Assembly: GCA_902614085.1 (NCBI GenBank)
Contig: CACMJS010000003.1
Span: 84,945 to 148,944 of the forward strand
Source of the DNA: an uncultured Alphaproteobacteria bacterium
GTDB lineage: Bacteria > Pseudomonadota > Alphaproteobacteria > HIMB59 > GCA-002718135
Reading direction: 5' to 3'
Length of the DNA: 64,000 nt
Positions 47,403 to 57,407 of this stretch are shown here, in pieces (within the stretch, counting starts at the first letter, position 1; the number at the start of each line of letters is the position of its first letter). A model generated the notes under the pieces. That model was given only the letters and a program-made list of their open reading frames with translations. It ran no database searches and was not told the DNA's origin. The position numbers and the translations under genes are program-made.

Positions 47403-47474
47403 TAATACTTTTTAAGTATATTTAGCTTTTACATCAAGTAATTATTTAAACTTAAATAATATAAAAACTTTTAA

Positions 47475-49250
47475 TTAATTTTGTTGTTTTTGTTTATTCC
47501 ACATTAATGCGTATAATCCATCTTTACTTAGTAGGCTTGAATGATCTCCTTCTTCAACAATATTTCCTTTATCTATAACAATTATTTTATCTGCATTTGA
47601 CACAGTTGAGAGTCTATGAGCTATAATTAATGTGGTTTTACCTTGAGATATTTTGTTTAAATTTTTATTTATTTCTTTTTCTGTATTAGTGTCTAATGCT
47701 GATGTTGCTTCATCAAAAAAGAGGATTGATGGATTTTTTAAAACAGCTCTTGCTATGGCAACTCTTTGTTTTTCTCCTCCAGATAATTTAAGACCTCTCT
47801 CACCCACAATAGTATTGTATTTATCAGGAATACTTTCAATAAAATCATGGATACCAGCAATTTTTGCTGCATTTATTACATCTTCTTCACTTGAGTTTAT
47901 TAAACCATAAGAAATATTATAAAAAATTGTGTCATTGAATAAAACTGTATCCTGGGGGACGACACCTATCATTTGTCTTAATGAGTTTTGTTTGTATTTT
48001 TTTATATTTTTCTTATTAATTAATATTTCTCCACTATCTGGATCATAAAAACGAAACAATAATTTACTTATTGTTGATTTCCCTGCACCAGTTGGTCCAA
48101 CTATCGCTAAAGATTTACCTTCTGGTATACTAAAGGATATATTTTTGATAATTGTTCTTTTATTTTCATATCCAAAAAAAATATTTTTAAAAATTATTTC
48201 TGCATTATTGTTATTTAAATGTTCACTTCCACTATCATCAATATTATTTTTTTCTTTTAAAAGATTAAACATATTTTCCATATCAACTAACGATTGTCTT
48301 ATTTCGCGATAAATAGTTCCTAGAAAATTTAATGGCTGATAGAGTTGAAGCATATAAGCATTTATAACTACAAAACCGCCAACAGTTATAGTTTTATTCT
48401 GAATTCCAAATACTGTTAAAACAAGCATAAGAGTTATTCCACTCATTATTACAAATGTTTGGCTAATATTTAAAAGAGATAAGGATGTTCTGTTCTTGTT
48501 TGCTGCGTTTTCATATTTTTCTAGTGACTCATCTAATCTTTTAAACTCATGATTTTCGTTATTAAAATATTTAACAGTTTCAAAATTAAGAAGACTATCA
48601 ATCATTTTAGTACTTGCAGCATTATCTGCTAAATTCATATCTTTTCTAAATTGCAATCTCCATTGAGTAATTGTAAATGTTAAAATAACATAGATAGAAA
48701 TAGTAATAAAAGTTATGATTGCGTATTCAAATCCGTATAAGGTAAGTAAAATAAATATAACAAGAACTAGCTCAATAAATGTTGGAACTACATTAAATAG
48801 AACATAGCGTAATAAAAAATCTATTCCTTTTGTCCCCCTATCAATAAATCTATTAAGACCTCCAGTCTGTCTTGAAAGATGAAAATCTAAAGACAAAAAA
48901 TGTAAATGTTTGAAAACTTTTAGACTTACTCTTCTAATAGCATTTTGAGATACTTTAGAAAAAAGAGCGTCTCTGATTTCATTAAAAGCAAATGAAGCTA
49001 TTCTTACAATTCCATAAGATATAATAATAGCAATCGGAACATATAATAATAAATTTATACCACTACTTAAATCATTAAGTGAATCAACAGCATTTCCAAG
49101 GATTAAAGGTGTATAAACGCTAGCTACTTTTGCTAATATCATACTCAACCCAGCTAAAACCACTCTTATTCTAAGATCTTTTCTGCTTTTGGGCCATAAA
49201 TAAGGGAGTAATAATTTTGATGTACTAAAGAAAGTAGAATCTTTTTTCAT
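47475..49250 (-). CDS. ABC exporter, fused permease/ATPase, Atm1/HMT1-type
   Basis: N-terminus LLPYLWPK...RIRV, six TM helices, Walker A GPTGAGKST, signature LSGGEKQR and Walker B ILFFDEATS. Confidence 0.85.
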   Translation of the reverse strand: MKKDSTFFSTSKLLLPYLWPKSRKDLRIRVVLAGLSMILAKVASVYTPLILGNAVDSLNDLSSGINLLLYVPIAIIISYGIVRIASFAFNEIRDALFSKVSQNAIRRVSLKVFKHLHFLSLDFHLSRQTGGLNRFIDRGTKGIDFLLRYVLFNVVPTFIELVLVIFILLTLYGFEYAIITFITISIYVILTFTITQWRLQFRKDMNLADNAASTKMIDSLLNFETVKYFNNENHEFKRLDESLEKYENAANKNRTSLSLLNISQTFVIMSGITLMLVLTVFGIQNKTITVGGFVVINAYMLQLYQPLNFLGTIYREIRQSLVDMENMFNLLKEKNNIDDSGSEHLNNNNAEIIFKNIFFGYENKRTIIKNISFSIPEGKSLAIVGPTGAGKSTISKLLFRFYDPDSGEILINKKNIKKYKQNSLRQMIGVVPQDTVLFNDTIFYNISYGLINSSEEDVINAAKIAGIHDFIESIPDKYNTIVGERGLKLSGGEKQRVAIARAVLKNPSILFFDEATSALDTNTEKEINKNLNKISQGKTTLIIAHRLSTVSNADKIIVIDKGNIVEEGDHSSLLSKDGLYALMWNKQKQQN

Positions 49251-49423
49251 ATCATATTTTTAAAATTAAAAAATTATCCTTATAAAAATTGATTAAATAA
49301 GTCTTGTAAAATTTATACATAGTTCACATTAATCAATAATTAGCAATGTTTGTAATATTTTAAAGTAAATGTTGCTTTCTGTATTTGATAATATTTTTAT
49401 ATAATAATATATAATATTAATAA

Positions 49424-49603
49424 ATGACTGACTTACAATGGTATGCCTATCTTGGAGGATTTGTAGCATTCGCAATCGGATGTTACGTATATTATCTCTC
49501 TAGAAATAAAAATTTAGATGATCAACAAGTTAAAAATAGAAAAAGAGTTATGAATTTTTTTTTAATTATAGCTTTGGTTTGTGTTGGTTATTCGTGGCTG
49601 TAA
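49424..49603 (+). CDS. candidate small two-TM membrane protein (59 aa)
   Basis: Hand-translated ORF MTDLQWYAYLGGFVAFAIGCYVYYLSRNK...NFFLIIALVCVGYSWL. It has two hydrophobic helices and falls just under the ORF-track cutoff. Confidence 0.35.
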   Translation: MTDLQWYAYLGGFVAFAIGCYVYYLSRNKNLDDQQVKNRKRVMNFFLIIALVCVGYSWL

Positions 49604-49619
49604 ACTTAAGAGATAAAAT

Positions 49620-51107
49620 TTGAAATATTATCTTGCAATTGATGCTGGGACTTCAGTAATAAAGACTGTAATTTTTAATACAAATTTCAAACAAATAAAT
49701 TCTCATAGTGTAAAAAATCCAGTCGTAACTGATAAATTTGGTAAATCTGAAATTGAAATGGAAAAATTTTGGCTTCTTACAGCAAAGTGTATTAAACTTT
49801 TAATAAAAAAATCTAAAATTCAGTCACAATCAATTGTTGGTTTAGGCATAACTGGAAATATGGTCGGATTTTGGTCTATCAATAATATAAATAAACCAGT
49901 AAGAAATGCAATTTTGTGGAATGACACAAGAAGCCAAAAAGTTTTCACTAATAAAAAAATATTTGATCAAATTTATAAAATTACAGGCTCTATCGCGCAA
50001 TATGGGTGCACTATACCTATTCTTAAGTGGATGACTAAATTTGAAAAAGAAAATTTAAAAAAAATTAAATATATATTAACTTGTAAAGATTGGTTAAGAT
50101 TTAAATTAACAGGGAATATAAATAATGATGAAACAGAAGTTTCAGTATATCCAGGAGATATAAAAAATAAAAAATTATCAAAAAAAATTTTCAAAATTTT
50201 TAATTTAAGTACTAAATATTTTAAATTGTTCCCAGAAATAAAAAAATCAAATCAATTAGGTGGATACATTACTAAAAGTGCATCAAAATTAACTAATTTA
50301 AAAATTGGTACACCTGTTATTATAGGATGTGGTGACGTAATAGCTTCCATTTTAGGAGCTGGAGGAATTAATAATAACAAAAAAATCAGTATAATTGGAA
50401 CTACATGTCATAATATTATAGTTAAAAATAATTCAAAAATATCTAAAGACGGCTCAGGGTTATTTTTTGCTTCATTAAATGATACATGGTTAGAGACTAA
50501 AATAAACGTTGCAGGAACAACTAATATTGATTGGGTTATTGATAATTTTTATAAAAATTCTAAAAAGTATTCCGATAAAATTAACATAATTAAGAATTTT
50601 GAAAAAAAATATTTAACTTTTAATTATCCAGAAAACTCATTGGTATTTCTTCCTTATATAAATTATGGAGGATCTATATCACCATTTGTAAATTTAAATT
50701 CTAAAGCTGAAATTTTTGGAATTTTACCTCATCATAATAATTTTGATATTATGACTGCTTGTTATGAAGGTTTAGCATTATCTATTAAAGATTGTTATGC
50801 GAATAAAATTAAAACTAAAGACAGTCTTTATCTAGCAGGAGGTGCATCAAAAAGCAAAGTTTTACCTCAACTAATTTCAAATGCTTTAAATACTAAAGTT
50901 AAAATTTTAAATAATTCCGAACTAGGTGCATTAGGCATTTCATATCTAATTCATAGTTATTTACATAAAAAAGATTTAAAAAATTTAATTAACGATCATC
51001 AAAATATTGGTCATATTTACACACCTCAAAGAAAACATTCCAAATATCTTAACAATAAATATCAAAAATATAAAAAATTAAGAGAGTCATTGAATAATAT
51101 ATGGTGA
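49620..51107 (+). CDS. FGGY-family carbohydrate kinase
   Basis: N-terminus YYLAIDAGTSVIKTVIF, WND.R, and C-terminal GGASKS. TTG start. Confidence 0.8.
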   Translation: MKYYLAIDAGTSVIKTVIFNTNFKQINSHSVKNPVVTDKFGKSEIEMEKFWLLTAKCIKLLIKKSKIQSQSIVGLGITGNMVGFWSINNINKPVRNAILWNDTRSQKVFTNKKIFDQIYKITGSIAQYGCTIPILKWMTKFEKENLKKIKYILTCKDWLRFKLTGNINNDETEVSVYPGDIKNKKLSKKIFKIFNLSTKYFKLFPEIKKSNQLGGYITKSASKLTNLKIGTPVIIGCGDVIASILGAGGINNNKKISIIGTTCHNIIVKNNSKISKDGSGLFFASLNDTWLETKINVAGTTNIDWVIDNFYKNSKKYSDKINIIKNFEKKYLTFNYPENSLVFLPYINYGGSISPFVNLNSKAEIFGILPHHNNFDIMTACYEGLALSIKDCYANKIKTKDSLYLAGGASKSKVLPQLISNALNTKVKILNNSELGALGISYLIHSYLHKKDLKNLINDHQNIGHIYTPQRKHSKYLNNKYQKYKKLRESLNNIW

Positions 51108-51178
51108 AAGTCTCAAATTTAGTAGATAATATTAGAATATTTATATTAAAATATTAATCATAAATTAAGTGAGGAAAA

Positions 51179-52450
51179 ATGAATAAAATATTACTATTTT
51201 TTATTACAATTCTATTTTCTATGAATGCTTATGCTGTAACAAATGTTACTTTTTGGCATATGGAAGGTGTTCCGCATAGAGTAGATAGAATTCAAACATT
51301 AATAGATGAGTTTAATTCTGCAAATCCAGATATTAATGTAACACAAGAAGTTCAAAACTGGGGTGAAATTTATGCTAAAGCTCCTGCATCAGTGGCTGCT
51401 GGAACTGCACCAGAAATATTAGTTGGTATTCCAGATTTTACACCTATACTCGCTGATATGGGTGCAGCACAACCTGTTGAGGATTTTGTTGCAGAGTTAG
51501 ATTCAAAATATGGTTTTTACCAAAAGGCACTCGATCAATATACTTATAATGGTCATACTTGGGCTGTTCCTTTATGGAACATGGGTTTATCACTATGGTA
51601 CAGAAAAAGTGATTTTGAAGCTGCTGGAATTGAGCCACCAAAAACTTGGTCTGATTTAAAGAAAGCTGCAAAAGCTTTAACTAAAGATGGTGTTTATGGA
51701 ATAGGTCTTCCTGGCAATAAGCAACTTTATACCGATCAAACAATCTATAGTTTCATGGTTAATTCAGGTGCAGAAGAAATTTATAATTCTGATGGTACTT
51801 TGAGATTTGATAATCCTCAAACTGTAGCAGCATATGATGTTTATAAAGAACTATATCAATATTCAGCTCCTGATGCAGCAAACTGGACTTGGGGTGAAGC
51901 CGAAGCATGTTTTGCAAGTAAAGGTTGTGCAATGATATTACAGTTTACTGTTATCTCTACATATGACTCACAAGCTGGTGGAGATGCAAGCGACTTGGGT
52001 GTTATCCAAATCCCTTATGCAAATGGTAAGGCTCATAGAGCTGGAACTGTATCATATGTTAATTCTGCAATGATTATGACAGATGATGAAGCAAAAATGG
52101 AAGCTTCTAAAAAGTTTTTAAGTTTCTTAATGGAACCTGGAAACTATGGAAGATTTATTAACATGGAACCAGGATTATTTTTACCAATAACTGAAGCTGG
52201 AAGTAAAGATTCAACTTATTGGGACGATCCAGTTGTTGTAAAATATAAATCACAAGTAGAAACAATGTTAGACAATTCAACTAGAGGAAGTCTATTTGGT
52301 TTTACGAATGGTAATACTTTTACAAGCATATCATCTATATCAGCTCAGAATTTATTAGCTCAAACTCTTCAACTAACTTTAATCGATGGCAAAAGTGCAA
52401 AAGATGCAGTCAGTGAAGGAATGGAAATAATGACTGAAGCTATTGAATAA
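51179..52450 (+). CDS. ABC transporter substrate-binding protein (family 1, carbohydrate-type)
   Basis: Signal peptide, about 420 aa, and an SBP_bac_1-like pattern (FWHMEG..., W.VPLW...LWYRK). The composition is noticeably less K/N-rich than the neighbouring genes. Confidence 0.8.
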   Translation: MNKILLFFITILFSMNAYAVTNVTFWHMEGVPHRVDRIQTLIDEFNSANPDINVTQEVQNWGEIYAKAPASVAAGTAPEILVGIPDFTPILADMGAAQPVEDFVAELDSKYGFYQKALDQYTYNGHTWAVPLWNMGLSLWYRKSDFEAAGIEPPKTWSDLKKAAKALTKDGVYGIGLPGNKQLYTDQTIYSFMVNSGAEEIYNSDGTLRFDNPQTVAAYDVYKELYQYSAPDAANWTWGEAEACFASKGCAMILQFTVISTYDSQAGGDASDLGVIQIPYANGKAHRAGTVSYVNSAMIMTDDEAKMEASKKFLSFLMEPGNYGRFINMEPGLFLPITEAGSKDSTYWDDPVVVKYKSQVETMLDNSTRGSLFGFTNGNTFTSISSISAQNLLAQTLQLTLIDGKSAKDAVSEGMEIMTEAIE

Positions 52451-52463
52451 CTTATAACATTTT

Positions 52464-52486
52464 CAGCACCTCTGTTAGAGGTGCTG
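52464..52486 (+). terminator. GC-rich stem-loop between the binding-protein and permease genes (attenuator or partial terminator)
   Basis: CAGCACCTC-TGTTA-GAGGTGCTG forms a 9-bp perfect stem, followed by TCATTTCT. Confidence 0.55.
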
Positions 52487-52494
52487 TCATTTCT

Positions 52495-53367
52495 GTGAAA
52501 AAAAATAATATTGAAGGTTGGTTGTTTGTATCTCCATTAGTTATTTGGATATCACTTATTATTTTAGTTCCAATTTACATAGCATTTGAATTAAGCTTAT
52601 TTAACGTTAAGATTATTGGTACATCAGGAAAATTCGTAGGTATTGATAACTACATAAAATTATTTGGTAAATCAAAATTTGTAAATGCCTCATTAAATAG
52701 CTTTTATTGGATAATTGGAAATGCAATCTGCCAAACATTTTTTGCTTTTACTATTGCGTTAACTATTAATTATAAATTTCCTGGTAAAAAAATTATGGCT
52801 AACTGGATTATTTTGTCGTTTATTATTCCAACAGTAGTTGTTGTTGTAATTTGGAAATTAATGTTGAGTAGTAGTAGCGGTGTAATAAATTCAGTTTTAA
52901 TTGATATTGGATTATTAAATGAAGCAACGGGTTTCTTTAGTTCTCCTAATAAAGCTTTTATAAGTTTAGTTCTAATAAACTCATGGCGTTGGAGTCCTTT
53001 TTTGGCATTAATTATTCTATCTGGGCTTAATTCAATAAATAGAGAAATGTATGATGCATCTAAAGTTGATGGTGCAAATTTTTTTCAACAATTTCTTTTC
53101 ATCACATTTCCGAATCTTAAAAGTGTTCTTTTTGTCTTAGGTCTAGTTGGTACATTATTATCATTTAATATATTTGACATTATATGGTTAATCACAAAAG
53201 GTGGGCCATCAAGTGCTACAACTACATTACCATTATTAATTTATGAAACAGCGTTTACTAAATTTAGAATTAGTCAAGCTGCGACCTTGTCAATAGTTAC
53301 TAGTTTTTTGTTATTACTATTTTCAATAATATTTATCAAATCTATGGCGCCAAAAGAAGATGATTAA
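52495..53367 (+). CDS. ABC transporter permease (carbohydrate-type, MalF/UgpA-like)
   Basis: Six TM helices and an EAA-like loop (YDASKVDGANFFQQFLFITFP). GTG start. Confidence 0.8.
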   Translation: MKKNNIEGWLFVSPLVIWISLIILVPIYIAFELSLFNVKIIGTSGKFVGIDNYIKLFGKSKFVNASLNSFYWIIGNAICQTFFAFTIALTINYKFPGKKIMANWIILSFIIPTVVVVVIWKLMLSSSSGVINSVLIDIGLLNEATGFFSSPNKAFISLVLINSWRWSPFLALIILSGLNSINREMYDASKVDGANFFQQFLFITFPNLKSVLFVLGLVGTLLSFNIFDIIWLITKGGPSSATTTLPLLIYETAFTKFRISQAATLSIVTSFLLLLFSIIFIKSMAPKEDD

Positions 53368-54190
53368 AGAAAATAATATCAAACTTATATTTTTAAGTTT
53401 ATCTTTATTGTTAATTATACTTATTTTTTTCTTTCCTTTTTTTTGGATAATCACATCATCTTTTAAAAGTCCTGAAGAAATTATTTCTACATCTACAACT
53501 ATTATTCCCAGATCTTTTACTTTAGAACATTATAATAAAATATTATTTAACTCAGATTTTTTTATATATTTAAAAAACAGTTTAATAGTTTCATTTTCCT
53601 CTATGATAATTTCTATCATTCTATCTGTATCGGCCGCTTACGGCTTACATAAACTTAAATTTTATGGAAATAAATTTGTAGAATATTCGCTTTTAGTAAC
53701 CTATGCTTTCCCGGGAGTCATTTTATTAGTTCCTATTTATTTATTATTTGCAAAAGTAAATTTACTTAATAGCTACTTTGCATTGATTATTGTTAATGTT
53801 TTATTTGCCACTCCATTTGCTGTTTGGATGTTAAAAGCTTTTTTTAAGTTAATTCCTAATGAAATAGAAGAGGCAGCATATATTGATGGAGCATCAAGAT
53901 ATGTTGTAATCTCAAGAATTATTGTTCCCTTAGCTGCTCCAGGTATAGCAAGTGTAGCAATTTTTTGCTTTATTATTTCTTGGACAGAATATCTTTTTGC
54001 ATCAATATTAATAAGCGGTGATGACTTAAAAACCTTACCAGTTGGGTTAGCTGGAATTGTCGGACAATACCAAATTGATTGGGGTTTTTTATTATCAGGA
54101 GCTGTTCTAGCCAGTCTACCAGTAATATTATTATTTGTATTTATTGGAAAGTATTTTGTTTCTGGTTTGACAGAAGGTGCTGTAAAATAA
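53360..54190 (+). CDS. ABC transporter permease (carbohydrate-type, MalG/UgpE-like)
   Basis: Six TM helices and an EAA loop (EEAAYIDGASRYVVISRIIVPLA). Overlaps the upstream permease gene. Confidence 0.8.
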   Translation: MIKENNIKLIFLSLSLLLIILIFFFPFFWIITSSFKSPEEIISTSTTIIPRSFTLEHYNKILFNSDFFIYLKNSLIVSFSSMIISIILSVSAAYGLHKLKFYGNKFVEYSLLVTYAFPGVILLVPIYLLFAKVNLLNSYFALIIVNVLFATPFAVWMLKAFFKLIPNEIEEAAYIDGASRYVVISRIIVPLAAPGIASVAIFCFIISWTEYLFASILISGDDLKTLPVGLAGIVGQYQIDWGFLLSGAVLASLPVILLFVFIGKYFVSGLTEGAVK

Positions 54191-54213
54191 ATTAATATAT
54201 ATAATGAGGGAAT

Positions 54214-54387
54214 ATGACGGATAAAGATTTTAAAAATATTGAAGATATAAAAAGAATTTTAAAATATATTAAGAATGGTAAGCTTGATGTTAAATCATGG
54301 GATAATATTGATGAATTAAAAAATAGTTTCGAATTATTAATAGAAGAACATAAGGATTATATGGATCATATGAAACTTCATCATTAA
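54214..54387 (+). CDS. candidate small hypothetical protein (57 aa)
   Basis: Hand-translated ORF MTDKDFKNIEDIKRILKYIKNGKLDV... with GAGGG 3 nt upstream. It falls below the ORF-track cutoff. Confidence 0.3.
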   Translation: MTDKDFKNIEDIKRILKYIKNGKLDVKSWDNIDELKNSFELLIEEHKDYMDHMKLHH

Positions 54388-54413
54388 TATTATTAAATAA
54401 ACTAGGAGGTAAA

Positions 54414-54698
54414 ATGTCTGTAGCAAGAATAACAACAATTAATTTTAAATCTAAAGAAGATGCTGACGAATCTATTAAAGATTATTCAGAAAAAGCACCA
54501 TCTGAATTTCCAGAGGCTGAACAATTATTACAAATACGAGCAAGTGATACAACTGTTATGGCTATTTCTTTATATGCTGATAATGAAGCAATGGAACGTG
54601 CTTCAGCTGCTAGATCCAAAAGAATGAGTAATAATGAAAAAACATTTGATGTTGTTGATACAAAAACTGGTGAAGTAACATTAAATCATAAAAATTAA
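54414..54698 (+). CDS. hypothetical protein (94 aa)
   Basis: Strong SD (TAGGAGGT) 5 nt upstream. No firm motif. Confidence 0.5.
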   Translation: MSVARITTINFKSKEDADESIKDYSEKAPSEFPEAEQLLQIRASDTTVMAISLYADNEAMERASAARSKRMSNNEKTFDVVDTKTGEVTLNHKN

Positions 54699-54705
54699 AT
54701 TAGGA

Positions 54706-54782
54706 GTGCCCGTAGCTCAGTAGGATAGAGCATCAGATTCCTAATCTGGGGGCCGCATGTTCGAATCATGCCGGGCACGCCA
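54706..54782 (+). tRNA. tRNA-Arg (anticodon CCT)
   Basis: I folded the cloverleaf by hand. Acceptor stem GTGCCCG/CGGGCAC, D arm GCTC/GAGC, anticodon stem TCAGA/TCTGG with loop TTCCTAA, T arm GCATG-TTCGAAT-CATGC, discriminator G and an encoded CCA. Confidence 0.9.
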
Positions 54783-54785
54783 AAG

Positions 54786-55553
54786 ATGACATATAAATTC
54801 ACAAATGCAATTGTTAGAAAACCAAATAAGAGTATTCATAATGCATTAAGTTCTCAGTATTTACATCCAAGTTATGAAAAAATATTAGAGATACACAAAA
54901 ATTATATCACTTCCATTGAAGATGCAGGATTAGATACAATTTTATTAGAAAGTTTAGAACAATATCCTGATAGTATTTTTGTAGAAGATCCTGCACTCAT
55001 CTTTAAAAACAAAATTATTATATTAAATCCAAGTGATTTTTCACGAAATGGTGAAGCAAAAATAATTAAAAACGAAATAAGTAAATACTTTGAAAAAATA
55101 TTTATTGTCGAAAATGGCATCATAGAAGGTGGAGATATATTAAATATCAATAATCATTTTATTATAGGTTTATCAAATAGAACGGATAAACTAGGTGCGG
55201 AAAATCTATCTAATATACTAATCTCACTTGGCGCTACTGTTGAAGTATGTCAAACACCAAAAGATATTCTTCATTTTAAATCTGAATGCAGTTTATTAGA
55301 TGATGATTTAATTTTAGTAAGTAATAGAATGTCGAAATTAGATTACTTAAAAAAAAATTATAATTTAATTGAATTACCATTGGGTGAAGAAAATGCAGCA
55401 AACTGTATTAGAATTAACAATAAATTATTAATTCCAGATGGTTTCAATAGAACTGAGGAAATTTTATCGAAAAATTTTAATATTATTAAAATTAATATCG
55501 ATGAAATTTCAAAGGTTGATGCAGGTTTAAGTTGTATGAGTCTTAGATGGTAA
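54786..55553 (+). CDS. dimethylarginine dimethylaminohydrolase (DDAH)-like guanidino-group-modifying enzyme
   Basis: Pentein-fold family pattern with a C-terminal catalytic-Cys motif DAGLSCMSLRW and about 255 aa. I chose ATG 54786 because the upstream ATG at 54768 lies inside the tRNA T arm. Confidence 0.65.
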   Translation: MTYKFTNAIVRKPNKSIHNALSSQYLHPSYEKILEIHKNYITSIEDAGLDTILLESLEQYPDSIFVEDPALIFKNKIIILNPSDFSRNGEAKIIKNEISKYFEKIFIVENGIIEGGDILNINNHFIIGLSNRTDKLGAENLSNILISLGATVEVCQTPKDILHFKSECSLLDDDLILVSNRMSKLDYLKKNYNLIELPLGEENAANCIRINNKLLIPDGFNRTEEILSKNFNIIKINIDEISKVDAGLSCMSLRW

Positions 55554-56218
55554 AAATCTTTATTCACATATTAAGACTTAAAGAAATCCCTAAATTATAT
55601 TGGAGTTCTCCTTTTGAATATAATCTTAAACCAAAAAAAATAACAATTTTTTATTTAATTTTAGGACTTATTCTCTTTGGCATTGGTGAGGCATTATTAA
55701 TTACTGCAAATTTGGGCGTTTCACCTTGGTTTGTGCTACATCAGGGATTAGCATTTAAAACTGGTTACACAATAGGAATTACAACATTTTTTGTAAGTGT
55801 TGCAGTATTGTTACTTTGGTATCCACTAAAACAAAAACCAGGTATTGGAACAATATTAAATGCTATTTTAATTTCTGTGATTTTGGATCTTTCATTGATC
55901 TATCTTCCTTATCCAAAAGATTTCTTATTTCAATTTTTACAAGTATTAATTGGTATTTTCATAATAGGTATTGGAAGTGGTTTTTATTTAGCTGCAAATT
56001 TAGGACCTGGTCCAAGAGATGGATTGATGACTGGCTTAAATAAACAAACTAATTTTTCAATTTCATTTATTAGAACATTACTTGAACTATCTGCTGTGGG
56101 TATAGGATTTTTTTTAGGTGGAAAAGTAGGAATAGGAACATTGATATATGCAATAGGAATAGGTTTTTCAGTATCTTTAGGTTTGTTTTTTGTTGGTAAT
56201 ATTTATATGAAAAATTAA
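55547..56218 (+). CDS. YczE/YitT-like integral membrane protein
   Basis: Pattern GIGEALLITANLGVSPWFVLHQGL ... GPGPRDGLMTGL is typical of the YczE-type membrane protein family. ATGGTAA overlap with the upstream gene. Confidence 0.55.
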   Translation: MVKIFIHILRLKEIPKLYWSSPFEYNLKPKKITIFYLILGLILFGIGEALLITANLGVSPWFVLHQGLAFKTGYTIGITTFFVSVAVLLLWYPLKQKPGIGTILNAILISVILDLSLIYLPYPKDFLFQFLQVLIGIFIIGIGSGFYLAANLGPGPRDGLMTGLNKQTNFSISFIRTLLELSAVGIGFFLGGKVGIGTLIYAIGIGFSVSLGLFFVGNIYMKN

Positions 56219-56309
56219 ATTTCACTAGTTTATTAATAATTTTTAATCTTAAACCATTAAGTATTTTATTTTCTTAAATTTTGTTTTGATTATACTTAAT
56301 TAAACAATA

Positions 56310-57104
56310 ATGGACAAAATACTCCAAAGATCAAATGGAAAAATAGATATAGAATTATTAGATAATGATTTTTCAAAATTTTTTCAAAGTGGTTGTTGTA
56401 AAATTTTAAATCCAAATAATTATAATAAAAGTCAAGAATTAGTTTTAATTAACACTGCAGGAGGTATTACTTGTAATGACAATATTGAAATTAATGCTAC
56501 AATTCATAATTCTGAATTAAGTATTTGTACGCAAGCCGCAGAGAAGATTTATTCAGGAATAGGTGATCCTGCTAAAGTAGACATAAATATCAATTTAAAT
56601 AATTCAACTTTGTATTGGTTGCCCAAAGAATTAATTTTATTTGATAATTCAAAATTAAGAAGAAGTATAAATATTAATCTATCAAATAATTCTAATTTGT
56701 TTTTTTGTGAAACTACTATTTTTGGAAGAAAAGCAATGTATGAAAAAATTAAAAATATTTCTTTTTCTGATCAATGGAAAATTTTTAAAAATTCTACAAT
56801 AAAGCATTTTGAAGCAATTAATATAAAAGGATCAACGATTGATAATTTTAAAAACAATTACACTTTTTCTAATCAATCATCTTTATCAACAATTTTAATT
56901 TTTGGTGAAATTGTTCATCAACTTGAGTTTGAGTTAAGTAAAGTTATAAAAACCAAAGAAAATCATTATTGTGAAATGACAAAATTTGATAATAAGATTG
57001 TAATTAGGTGCTTAGCCGATGATAATTATGATTTAAAAAAAACACTAAATTTTATTATGAAAAATATAATAAATGATAAACTACCAAAAAGTTGGGATCT
57101 ATAA
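56310..57104 (+). CDS. ureD: urease accessory protein UreD
   Basis: The position directly upstream of ureA, the length, and the LINTAGGI motif. Confidence 0.8.
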   Translation: MDKILQRSNGKIDIELLDNDFSKFFQSGCCKILNPNNYNKSQELVLINTAGGITCNDNIEINATIHNSELSICTQAAEKIYSGIGDPAKVDININLNNSTLYWLPKELILFDNSKLRRSININLSNNSNLFFCETTIFGRKAMYEKIKNISFSDQWKIFKNSTIKHFEAINIKGSTIDNFKNNYTFSNQSSLSTILIFGEIVHQLEFELSKVIKTKENHYCEMTKFDNKIVIRCLADDNYDLKKTLNFIMKNIINDKLPKSWDL

Positions 57105-57407
57105 ATGAAATTAACACCAAGAGAAAAAGATAAGTTAATGGTCAGTATGGCAGCTAATGTTGCCAGAAAACGTTTAGAAAGAGGTGTTAAACTTAATTAC
57201 CCAGAAGCTATAGCTTTGATAACAGATTTTGTCATAGAAGGTGCAAGAGATGGAAAAATGGTGTCAGAATTGATGGAAACAGGTGCACACGTAGTAAAAA
57301 AAGAAGATTGTATGGATGGTATTCCAGACATGATACCTGAAGTACAGGTTGAAGCAACATTTCCAGATGGAACAAAATTAGTAACAGTACATAAACCAAT
57401 TAGATAA
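57105..57407 (+). CDS. ureA: urease subunit gamma
   Basis: [13 protein letters not shown]...[16 protein letters not shown] is a near-canonical UreA sequence. Confidence 0.95.
   Translation: MKLTPREKDKLMVSMAANVARKRLERGVKLNYPEAIALITDFVIEGARDGKMVSELMETGAHVVKKEDCMDGIPDMIPEVQVEATFPDGTKLVTVHKPIR

Noticed and set aside
46937-47910. Plus-strand ORFs 46937-47122 and 47653-47910, opposite the aldo/keto reductase and ABC exporter genes.
   Set aside because: They are shadow ORFs. The second runs opposite the Walker B/signature region of the ABC ATPase.
49973-51671. Minus-strand ORFs 49973-50194 and 51444-51671.
   Set aside because: They are shadow ORFs inside the FGGY kinase and binding-protein genes.
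54902-56043. ORFs 54902-55150 (-), 55358-55567 (-) and 55816-56043 (+).
   Set aside because: They lie inside the DDAH-like and YczE-like genes, on the opposite strand or in an alternative frame, with no start context.
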